Shown here piece after piece: positions 44,101 through 55,057 of a stretch of DNA of 64,000 nucleotides. The stretch's first letter is position 1. Each line of letters begins with the position of its first letter. A program made the position numbers and the translations under genes. The DNA is from Trichosphaerium sp. ATCC 40318 (lineage: Eukaryota > Protista > Tubulinea). The stretch spans positions 62,001 through 126,000 of the forward strand of contig JALMLS010000309.1 of assembly GCA_038496445.1 (NCBI GenBank), given 5' to 3'. Under the pieces are notes generated by a model. It was not told the DNA's origin and did not search any database. It worked only from the letters and a program-made list of their open reading frames with translations.

Positions 44101-45894
44101 TTTTTTTTGATTTTTTTTGGTTTTTGTGAAAACTAACACTGTTGACTCTCTAGAAGTCGATATTGTGCTTGATTTCCTTCACAAAGCATTCAAGACACCG
44201 GAGAGACCAAAACCCCTCAAGTATAAAGTTACTAGATGGAATGAAGATGAGTATGCTAAAGGCAGTTACTCTTATATTGCTGTTGGCTCTTCTGCTGCTG
44301 ATTATAATGCTATTGCAAAGCCTATTAATGTTAATGGCCAACCAACTGTTTTCTTTGGTGGAGAGGCATCAAATCGATTTCATCCAGCGACAGGTACGAC
44401 TGACTATCCTCACGTTTTTGTGAATGGAATATGTTTTTGAGTTCGTTTTTTTTGATGATTTGATTGATAACTAATGCCTTAGTTGCTGGTGCTTTTGAGT
44501 CTGGTTTGCGCGAAGCTGAAAAGGTTCATCAACACTTTCATCCATTTGTACCACCGAAACCTAGGAAACTTACAGAACAAGATAAGGACGAAATGGAAGA
44601 CTGGACTGAAAAACGGTACTTACAAAAACCTCGCACTTTCTGAGTCACCTCTTTTTCTTACGGTTAAAAATAGATCAGCACGTGCCCGGTATAGTAAGGC
44701 TAAGTCCCAGAAACAAAGGAAGAAGTCTTATGGTCGTCGTGGATTCCAAAACCGTGCATCAGCGCGAAATTTCTTGTCTTCTTCATTGCGCTTTGGTTCT
44801 GGTAACAAGGACAAAGTTTTTAAATACAGACTACAGTTTGGCAATGGAAAGACTGAATTGGGTGAAGTACCAGAACAAAGATACACGAGTTACGCTCCAA
44901 TGTACGTTATTAAAAGTGAAATAAGAAAAAAAGTTTTCCTTTTTTGGTTCAGCATTTCTCCCTTAGCACTATGGGTAGTCCTTAATTGTTTTACGGGAAA
45001 ACATGTGTCTTATGTTGTTTATTTAGGCCTAAAGGAGATTCGAATCGTCGTGACTCCTGGACGTCGAATGGTCGAAGGAATAGTGATAGTAATTACAGAC
45101 GAAATTCTTCTAATGGTGATCGTGGTGATCGCGGTGATCGTGGTGATCGGTCTTCTAATGGTAAATATAATAACTATGGACAAGGTCCTATGGACGTAGA
45201 TGAACCAGTAGAACCACCAGAGCCCGAAGTTATCTTAGATCCAAAAGATGTTGAACCTCCAAAGTCGCATTGGCTTCCACAATCAGTATTAGAGAAAGTG
45301 GTTAAAAAGTACTGAAGATTTGTTTGATTTTCTCCGGCTTAACTTCTCATTAGTGCATCAAAACCTGAGCACAAGCCTAACATGCAAACATATGGGTTGT
45401 TTATTTCAGATGATATGCAAGAAACAGAGGATAAGACAGAAGATAAAGGTAAGGGTTTTATTTTTTTTTTGAATTGTGGATCCTGTCCTTGTTGGTGTTT
45501 GATGTGCTCATTTTTAATAGATGCTGATCGTAAGAAGTTCCGTGCAGAGGTAGCGAATATCATCACAGGTCGTTTAAGCCGTTATTACAAGGAAGGCAAA
45601 ATTAAGTCGAAGGTAAAGGCAGTTTTGATTCAATTTGATTTTTTTTTGGTATTTTCAGGCAAAGTTTTTTCTTACTTTCCTCTTTTTGTTTGGCTACTTT
45701 GTATTGACATGTTTTCTATCTAGGATGACTTCAAACATATGTCTCGTAAACTTACACATAATATCGTTGAGCGCGAGCAAGGCACTTGGAAGATGGAGAA
45801 CAAAAAAAAGCGAAAAATCAAAATGTACATTGACACTTACCTAAAGAAAAAGGGTATTGGAAGACCTTCAAAAAAGAGAAGAACAAAAAAATAG
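41136..45894 (+). CDS. KDM1/LSD1-family flavin-dependent histone demethylase (SWIRM + amine oxidase, no tower) with C-terminal SRI-like domain
   Basis: SWIRM-like [12 protein letters not shown]...[11 protein letters not shown]; FAD motif [14 protein letters not shown]...[10 protein letters not shown]; YANLEYACA; GFGLLNKV; GSYSY; GEA. C-terminus [17 protein letters not shown]...[12 protein letters not shown]...[10 protein letters not shown]. Confidence 0.85.
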
Positions 45895-46296
45895 GATTTT
45901 AATATTTTCAACGATTGGAGGCACCCAGCAACAACGAAAAAGAAAAACAACTCATATGTTGGTATCTGCTGTTAATTTGTTTGTTTTATGGGGTTTTTTT
46001 GACCTAGAGGCTTGAAGGTATGTGACATGATTGTAGTATAAATGATTTGTAAAAAAAAAAAATAAAAGAGTCACAAAGTCTTCGCTCTTGATTGATTAGT
46101 TACGGCGAAATTGCACTCACAAATTTTTCTCACTCAGCGCGTTAGCACTACCCTTCCATTTGTATCCATAAAATCAGCGCTACCTGTTGTGCTGGTGGAT
46201 CAGAAACATCTTAGTACGTCAGCAAATTCATCAATCTGTAGTGTCGATAAGCGAATGCTGTTAAGTGTACACAATTGTTTTAATCCTTCAACCAAA

Positions 46297-49200
46297 ATGG
46301 CACAAGCAAGCATATGGAGTGCTGATGAAGGTACAATAGACCACTTGTATTAAATAAACGCAATTAACACGTTATTACCAGTCAAAGACAAATGGCTTTT
46401 ATTTCGTACCGATAATGGATCAACACTAGTAGAATGGATAACGCCAAACTGGGAAAAGGAAAAAGCGGTACAATCGCGTTTAGAAGGAATAAAAAGCCTC
46501 ACAGTTACTCAAAGAGATGATTGGGATAGCGTACGGGTCCACAAGACTTCATTTTTTTTGAAACTTTTTTTTTTCAAATTTACCCGTGATAAAACACGTG
46601 CTCGATGGGTTCTTTTTTAAGACTTCGTTTCAATACTACGCGTGAGGACCTCGTATTGATCATTGTTAGCTCTTTGCGGATATCAAATCAAATAGAGATT
46701 TCGTAAACAATGGAGAGTACCCGATATGCAGATTCCGACTTGTTTGTAGAAGGTAACGCAAAAAAAAAACCCTTCTGTTGCGTGTCTTATTTAATGAATC
46801 ATAGAGATTTTGCCTTACATAAGAATGGTGTTATAAAACGAGAGTCAATAGCTAATATTGTTGATCATTTGAGTGTATCAGAAGCTGATGTATGATCGTC
46901 AATCTGAAACGATTCTGATATTTCTATTTTTTTTCTTCCTCTGCTTAATGTGTTGTAGATTCCACTGATGATATACGATACCGAACAAAATATTAAGTGC
47001 GCCAGGAAACTATTCATGGAAAATAATTATATACATGGTTGCAAATCAACAAGTGAAGAGGTACAACACCAAAAACATGAAAGGAACATTTTTGCCTTTT
47101 TTTTTTTTTCGAAGTTTTTGTATTCACAACGTTCAACTTACTGGGTTTTTTAGGCTCTAATGAGATTTTGTAGAATGGCTACAGTGTTGTGGCTAAAACC
47201 ACTAAGCGTTAGATTCACGGCACGTGTTTTTTTCTCGTGTCACGTGATATTTATTAATTTTATTCATTGTAGACAATTGAAGAACCACCTGATCAAGATG
47301 TACGCGAAATAGACAATGCAATCATAGTATTTCTTGCTAACCTTGAAATTAGTGCGGCTTCTTGGTTCAACCACCTGAGATTTTAGTGAAAATATTTGTG
47401 CACCTTGAAGGCGACGTAGATACCTTATATAGCTTGTGGAGGTCTTGTAAACATTTCTATGAAGTTCTCACACCTAAGTTGATAAATGCTGCACCATCAG
47501 ATTGGAAACTTGTCGATCCTTGGAAGGTACGCCACGCCCACCTTGCTTAACTCAAAAGGAGCTTTCCAGTTTTCCTTGGTTTTTTTTCTTTTTCTTCTTT
47601 GTTGTCTAACTTTTTTACCTAGCGTGTTGTTCAAACGATCAAAGATGAAGGTGTAGTTGTAGAAGTACCTTATGATCCTAAAAGTGGCGTTACGTTCATG
47701 AGAAAACGCTTATTCCTGAAAAATCATCATCATTTCAAAATCGTTGTAACTTTAGGTACAAGCTGTCACTCTACTTTTAAGGAACTGACAACTATTCAAG
47801 CCAAAGGTGATATTCAATCTGATATTGAAGAAAAACTTGCTTTAGTTCATCTGATACGTAAGGAATGGGAATGGAACACACCGATAATATACTATGCTTA
47901 TGATAAAGAGTTTTGTGAGCAACAACTTGTTCGGTTAGGATTGCATGATTTAAAGCATCAAGTAGTACGTTTCATCGTATCATTGTCATTATCGAGTGTG
48001 TATTGCTAACAAGAATTTGTGTTGTAGGTTACTACGTCTTTCTATGTTGTACAAAGGGAGTGTATTAAAGCTTGTGACTTTACAAATAATCAAACAAAAC
48101 CACGATTCGTTTCTTTTGAACAATGGTGGTCACAACAAAAGAAGGACGCCCAAGTAAAGGTTCCTACCAATGAAAATGATACGAATAAACCCACAGAAAA
48201 AGTTCCTAAAGCAACTGAGCCAAACAATAACAAGCAAGCAACTAAGTCAAATGGAGGTACTTTTACTTTTTTTGAAAAAAATAAAACGCAAAGAAACTAT
48301 TGTTTGATATTTTTCTCAATACTTTGTCGAAATTACTGTGACCTATACTGTTATGATATTCAATATACCTCCTATCGGTATATATGGTGACATACAGGAT
48401 TTGAATTGAGGTCTCAAGACATTATTGGATAAAGTTTAGATTTTAATTGGATTTTGTGTAGATGATATAGATGTGGCCTTAAAATGTGATCCTCGTAGAC
48501 CAAGAAAGAAAAAGAAGAAAGGAAGTAGAAAAGCTGAATTACGAGCAAAAATGGCAGCTCGATTTGGTTCAGTGAAGAGATCAAAATCAACTGTTCCTTC
48601 GACACAAAAGAAGATCGAAAAAGAACCAAAACAACAACCTTTTGTTGAATCTTGTGATACCAATTCATCTAGTGGATCAAGCCCTTACTTGATAGGTGAT
48701 ATTGATCCATCATACGAAGTATGTAGAAAGCTATGAGTTGAGTAAAAGTAACACTAACTTTTTTTTTCATAGAAAATAAAACCTGCCAGTAGACGTAGTG
48801 CCAATACCACCAAAGAGCTTTATTGTAGGCTAAAGCGACAAAACAATGATATAGAAGAGTTAAGAGCTAAGATAAAAGACTACAAGTACGAGAACGTGCT
48901 CATGAAAACGTGGTTTCAAGAAAAAGATAAATCAACGATACTCGAACAGGTAAAACTTCGCCTTTTATCAACTTGGTTTTATGTTCTCTAGTAACTGTTG
49001 TAGCTTGGTGTTGGTGTTGGTGATGGTGAACTAGATGTATACCAAACTTTTGATGATAGCGAGACAATGATACCAGAAGGGTTTAATCTATACCAAGTGA
49101 CACAGGTTGTTGAAAAAAATAAAATGTTAAAAAGTACAGTAGCGGAATACGAACAAAAGCTTTCTGCCTTCAAAAAACAGCTGGTACGCAAAAATTCTCT

Positions 49201-49833
49201 CTTGTTCTATGTGTTTCAGTTTCTTTGGTAATATTTTAATAATTTGATATGATATAGGAACCTCTAGAGGAGTGTATGAAAGAAGCTCTTGATGTTAAAA
49301 AAGAATTAAAAATTACGAAGAATTCATTGCAAGAAAAAAATGAGAAAGAAATTGCTTACACAAAAAAGAACAAGGAACTAACAGATAAAAATAAAATGTT
49401 GGATGAGAGTATTAAAAAGATGAAAGAAGAGTTACTTGAAGCAAGAGAACAAATATCAAGTCAACGAGCAGCAATAAAGGCGCTAGGAGAAAATCGAAAA
49501 GATCAAGAAAAAAAATCAACTTCAAACAGCGCTGATAGTGATACACTTGTACGTCTCCTCACAGCTTTGATAAGGCGACTTTTTGATAGCCAATACGTGC
49601 TCTCTTATGTGTTTGGGTTATACTGATAGCTAAACGTCTAGGTATTGCTGAAGAAGATGAACAAGACTCTTGAACAAGCTGTTTCTGATAAAAGTGATTT
49701 ATTAGATTATGAGAAAAGTAAAGTGCTCACGCTTAAATCACGTGTTGAAGAACAAGAGAAAATAATAGAGGACATGAAAAAAGATCACATACAGCAGATA
49801 GAAGCTATAAAACTGCAAAAAGGATTAGCTTGA
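46297..49833 (+). CDS. Uncharacterised multi-exon protein with central F-box-like motif, Lys-rich segment and C-terminal coiled coil
   Basis: F-box-like LVQPPEILVKIFVHL...LYSLWRSCKHFYEVL; E/K-rich coiled-coil exons at 48800-49833. May be more than one gene. Confidence 0.55.
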
Positions 49834-51199
49834 ATCCTACTGATGTTGTTATTCGCGAAGCGACCAAATATTCAATAATAATAAATAATAAAACATTATG
49901 AACTTACCTTCTTGTACACAATCCTGCTTGTTCACAGTTACATTACGTTAAACGACTGAAGCTACAATTACTTATGGCTAGGCAAAAGGGCTTGGGCAAA
50001 ACGACTTGTAGTTTTGGCGGGCCAAAACAAGTACAGAGCTATTTAACTGTGATAATAATTCAAAGCCTGTTTTGAAGAAGTGCGTGTTTTTCTTTTTATT
50101 CACTGAATGCATTTAGCCAAGTGAGCTCAGTAGGCTCTCATCAATAGAAGTGAATCAACTAGGGGTTTTGTCAATCACTGTGACGGCACTGTAATTATTA
50201 ACAACCTTGTAAACTTAATAAAACATAGTTTAAGCCTCAGTAGTTCACTAACAACATTAACATGTAAATTACGATTACGAGTGAAAAGTTTTGAGCTTAA
50301 AAATAATGTTTCACAGATTTGGTCTTTTTTTGGTTTATTTTAAAAGTCGAAATTCCTCATTGGGTGCAATTTTTTCGTTTAAACCGTTTTTTGTATGCTA
50401 CGTAGTAGTGCGCATCCTAAAATAGTTAACCATCCGGTGTATTTGAGACAGTTTCTAACCCACGAGCGTATGTTTTTACACGTTGATGTCTTGTCTTGTA
50501 CCGGCTGTTGTTATTTGAAGTAAGCTAATGCGAGACTAGCTTAGCGAGTTTATTTGATTCAAATAACGCACTTAATTATTACTGTCAACTTAGCGAATCT
50601 ACATGGTAAGAATTCAAATAACCCTTTTAACCATTACCCCTGTCAGCCGAAATAAACTTTTTCCTGAAATCCTAACAACGGAGTCATAGAAAGTCTGTTC
50701 TTCAAAAAATAAAAGTTCACACCATGATTTCAAAAAACAATAGAGTACACCAACAAAAACCACTGGTGGCACAAACTATAATAGTTGGTTATTATTATAA
50801 GCTTTTTGAACTACTGTACTACATGTATAAGCGATAGTATTGTACATCCACTAGCTCATCAGCGGGCATGACTCTAAATGGAATCTTTAAAATAATAATA
50901 ATTATTGTGCATTACAACCAATTCTCTACAACATCTTGGTTGAGTAATTATTATCGCAATTGTCTTGCAATAACGTTAAAGTTGCGGACGCTGTAAGTTA
51001 CTCCACAATATACGTTTTGAAAGGTGTCTGCAATTGAAGTCAGATTAAAACCACAAAACACGTGTAAACTTTGACTGGTGTTTTTGAAAAGCAGTGGTCA
51101 GCACTAACCTGGTTTTGATTCCAACTTTTTTGATAAGTTGCTTAATTACATAGTTTGCTAAGGCAAACTTTTTGTAGAAACGTTTCTCACTGGAAAAAC

Positions 51200-52075
51200 A
51201 TGTTAACATCAGATAAACGACAATCATCAATACAGAACACTACAACTATTAAATCGTTGCCTCCTGAGACGTTAACACATATTTTACGTCATTTAACAAC
51301 AAGAAAGGGGCTTATAAACGCAACAGCTGTTTGTCACCGTTTTAACGACATAATACGTAACAATATTGGGTTTAAATACATAAGTTTGAACGAACCAGCA
51401 GATTGTAAGGCTCTACAAGGTAGCCCATTACTAAGAAACACAATTATCTACACTGCTCAGTTAAAACTAACAAAAAATGAGTTGTGTTGCCTTGCTGGTG
51501 TTCATACTATTGATTTAACTTATTCAAAAGTTACAGATGAAGATATCATTGCATTAGTAAAAGCATGTTGGGAAATAAACCATTCTAACACAATACACCG
51601 TATTGGCTTGAGAGATGCAAGATATATAACAGATTCATCATTAAAGGCTTTAAAAGATGTTCACACTATAGACATTGCCCAATTTATGACTTCAAAAATC
51701 ACTTTGAAAGGCATACAATATCTAAAGAATGTACATAAAATTCATTTAAGGGATCCTCATGATAAATGGCTTGAACCTCTTTGTGATGTAAATACTATCC
51801 ATATTAAGTCTGCTCGCCAAACAACAGATGAAGGAATCAAATCACTGACAAATGTCAAACGCCTTAGGCTTTACAACTGTCATACAATAACAGACAAAGG
51901 TATAAAACATTTGACAAATCTTGAACACCTTATACTTAGGATTACTCCTTCTATAACAGACTTGTGTCTAAAGTATTTGAAATCTCTAAAGTCAGTTACT
52001 ATTTTTTTCAAGGCAAGTGTTACAAAAAAAGCTGTTGAGGCACTTGGTATTTCTTATTTGAAACAGAAATACTAG
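51200..52075 (+). CDS. Intronless F-box/LRR protein
   Basis: F-box IKSLPPETLTHILRHL...ATAVCHRFNDII, linker IGF...SPLLRNTII, and LAGVHTIDL-type LRRs. Confidence 0.85.
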   Translation: MLTSDKRQSSIQNTTTIKSLPPETLTHILRHLTTRKGLINATAVCHRFNDIIRNNIGFKYISLNEPADCKALQGSPLLRNTIIYTAQLKLTKNELCCLAGVHTIDLTYSKVTDEDIIALVKACWEINHSNTIHRIGLRDARYITDSSLKALKDVHTIDIAQFMTSKITLKGIQYLKNVHKIHLRDPHDKWLEPLCDVNTIHIKSARQTTDEGIKSLTNVKRLRLYNCHTITDKGIKHLTNLEHLILRITPSITDLCLKYLKSLKSVTIFFKASVTKKAVEALGISYLKQKY

Positions 52076-52670
52076 GAATAACAAATAAACAAGTTTCATT
52101 AATTTTTGTATTGAGCTGTTAAACGGACTTAACTATAAAGTCCATCTCTTTATGTCTCAAAGCTTGAATGAGACATACATCAATCTACATTTATACAACA
52201 TTTTTTGTTTCATCTTAACTTGGTAATAAAGCCGAGACAATGAGTGAAGCTCAAAAAGCAATGAAAGCTGTTTGCAAGTAAGTTATTGCTACAGAAAACA
52301 TTCTAGTGTAACACTTACTTTAAGGCAATACAACTTTTCTAAATATAGTTAGATTCATGCGCTCTTGTTGATCTACAATACCAGATTGGAGGAGAGATTA
52401 CGTCTTGCTCAGCTTCGGTCCCTGGATCATGTAGCCAGAGACCCTTCCGATTTATTAAATTGGAGCTAATCTTTGTACATATTGTGCATTACACCCAAAG
52501 TACCCAAATAACTTTGATAACATGATAGTTTTCATTAGTTTCAATAGTTTTTGCAACAGCCGCTTGTTTTACGGCTTTTCATCTGTCAAAACTCTTGAGA
52601 GCGCTGTAGCAACAGGAAACTTATCATATTTTGCATAATTAATCTATTTTGATAAATTATTTAAGAAGGC

Positions 52671-52712
52671 TACTTTGGTTTAACCGCACAATACTTTGGT
52701 TGAACCGCACAA
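52671..52712. repeat. 21-nt direct tandem repeat (two copies)
   Basis: tactttggtt(t/g)aaccgcacaa x2. Confidence 0.8.
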
Positions 52713-52906
52713 TATGTTGACAGGCGCAGACGCATTTCACACACGCATGAGGACATACAATATGATAGAAATCTTCTTTTGAGAAGAGGTTACATTGCTG
52801 TAGCTGGACTATTACCTGCAAGAATTTGGCACCGGATATTATGTGACATTACCTTGTTGTCAAATACTAACGTTCGCACATGTGTAACAGAGGTATCTTG
52901 CTAATT

Positions 52907-54079
52907 TTATTTAAAAATACGAGAAACAAGCTCACTTGAAATAAATACACCTTTCAGAATGTGTACCTCTACTGCTCTAGCTCTTAATTCAGATACACAA
53001 TTATCTGTAATACCATAACAATCCCATAGTATTAGTACCTTGACACTTGAGAGTGGAGCAAGCCAATCATCTGTTGCTCTTGTGTATGAAAGATTAATTT
53101 CATATGCTTTTGACAGACTTTTCATGCATGATTTGGTGATGCCTTTACAAGAAGCTAGATCAAGCGTATGTACTTCAGATAACGCCGAAACGCCATTATC
53201 TGTAATGAGCTCACAGTGAGCCAGTCTCAATACTTTAACGCTAGAAAGCTGACAAAGCCAATCATCTGTAGCATTTGTCCACGATAGATCAATTTCATAT
53301 GCACTTAAAAGGTTTTTTATACACGCGCCTGTAATACCATTACACCCACTAACATTAATGGTATGTACCCCGCCTAACGCCATTACGCCTTTATCTGTTA
53401 CTGAAGTACTAGCTAAGCTAATAGTATGTACACCAGCTAACGCTGAAATACCTGAATCTGTAATATGTAGGCAACTATTTAAGCATATCGTATGAACTCC
53501 AGCTAGCGCGTTCAATACGTCATCTGTAACTGTGCAAAGTTCCAACCCGATATTAGGTACCCCGGCAAGTGATTTCATACCTACATCTGTCACGTGTCTT
53601 TCGCAGTAAAACTGAATTGACTTTAAATGTTTCGCAAGCTGTTGTATGCCACAATCTGTAATGCCTGTACAGAAGCGTATGTATAAATGCTGGACGCCAC
53701 AGATGGAGTACAGCCCCTTATCTGTTATTTCATTATTACTGCATAGTTCTAGAGAGTGGACACCAGCCAGAAAGGCGAGATCAGTGTCCGTTGCTTTTGC
53801 GAACGGCTTTAGTGATATTTTGGTGTTTTTTAAAAGTGGACTGCCAGAGAGGCGAGAACAACTTGCTGTTGTACGAACATTGATGTGGTTGTATCCAATA
53901 AAGCAATGAATGACATTACGCAATCCTTTACAGCTCTGAGAAACCCGATATCGATCAGAGATACCGATGAACGATAGTAAATGAGAGATAACCTCTGTTG
54001 GAACATCTTGTAGTTCTAATTTACTCAGTTCCTCTGAGTTTTCGTTAAATGAAGTCTGCAGGTTTTTAATCGATTCCAT
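52907..54079 (-). CDS. Intronless F-box/LRR protein (390 aa)
   Basis: F-box LQDVPTEVISHLLSFI...VSQSCKGLRNVI, linker IGY...SPLLKNTKI, and Cys-containing LRRs (LAGVHTI...ITD.G). Confidence 0.88.
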   Translation of the reverse strand: MESIKNLQTSFNENSEELSKLELQDVPTEVISHLLSFIGISDRYRVSQSCKGLRNVIHCFIGYNHINVRTTASCSRLSGSPLLKNTKISLKPFAKATDTDLAFLAGVHSLELCSNNEITDKGLYSICGVQHLYIRFCTGITDCGIQQLAKHLKSIQFYCERHVTDVGMKSLAGVPNIGLELCTVTDDVLNALAGVHTICLNSCLHITDSGISALAGVHTISLASTSVTDKGVMALGGVHTINVSGCNGITGACIKNLLSAYEIDLSWTNATDDWLCQLSSVKVLRLAHCELITDNGVSALSEVHTLDLASCKGITKSCMKSLSKAYEINLSYTRATDDWLAPLSSVKVLILWDCYGITDNCVSELRARAVEVHILKGVFISSELVSRIFK

Positions 54080-54454
54080 TGTGCCTTATTTGATAATTAG
54101 CAAATAAAACTGTGTTATGTCAAAAGTCACGTGCTGGTCACAACGTTAATTCTAACTTTTTGTTATTGGTCAATGATAGTCTCAGAACGGATGGCACAGT
54201 AAAAAGAAATAGACTTAACGCTGAACCAACAGGTGAGGCGTGTGGCTCTTGTTTTCTGTGGTATGAATAAATCATTTGTTATTATTCTATGTACTCTTTT
54301 TTCCTTGGCACTAAGTTGCTACAAATATCTGGTCTTTGTACTATCTCTTCTCTCAAAAAAGGAACAAGCTACTTGACAACACCCATTTGCATCTTCCAAT
54401 GCCGACAAAAAGGGGTTGTAGTACCCCTTCGGTTTGGGAATACTATTATCATGT

Positions 54455-54658
54455 AATCTACAACTTCAGCACCTGTATTTCCACCAGCAACCGCAACACC
54501 AACTGCAGCACCAACAATGACACCAACTGAGGAACCCACCACTCAATCTATTCCGACACAAGCCCCTGTAACTGCACTGCATTATTCTTCTCACAAATTG
54601 AATTTAATAGTCTTATGCTGTTTATTTCCTTTGTAGCACTGTTATGTCACTTTTTGTA
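54455..54658 (+). pseudogene. Possible remnant of a surface (GPI-type) protein gene: S/T/P stalk plus hydrophobic tail
   Basis: STTSAPVFPPATATPTAAPTMTPTEEPTTQSIPTQAP, followed in a shifted frame by LMLFISFVALLCHFL*. No clean upstream model. Confidence 0.35.
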
Positions 54659-55057
54659 AAAGGATAAAAAAAACAAAACATATGCACGCTTCATAGGTGG
54701 ACGATTAACAAGCACAAAAACAGTTGTATACTTTCCCACATCACCAATATAAAGTATCATTGGTGTTTTATACCCTGTTGCAAACTTTTCCGTAAAAGGC
54801 AGTAGTTCCAGTTCGTTTATGGTCGTAGAATTGTATCACTAGGATTCCGTACTTAAACTGTATGAAAACTTTAAGGGACACGCAATAAATGCTGAAGATA
54901 ATGACTGAGCTTAATCAAAAACAAAAACATTGGGTCCAAAAATGGCGTTTATTGTGAATACAGTGCATTTAAAATAATTTTTTTGTCTACGACAAATCTA
55001 GCACGTGATACAATCAATCCAAAAAAAAGAAAAAGCCCAGAAAGAGTACTATAAAAC

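Noticed and set aside
45115-45150. GDRGDRGDR repeat containing RGD motifs
   Set aside because: A 9-nt microsatellite in a disordered linker of a nuclear protein; integrin-type meaning is implausible.
50116-50370. tRNA-like fragments (gccaagtgagctcagtagg; gtcgaaattcc)
   Set aside because: No cloverleaf, and the spacing between the A- and B-box-like pieces is wrong.
52240-52660. Possible small gene or decayed coding sequence between two convergent LRR genes
   Set aside because: The frames tried hit early stops and no family was recognisable.
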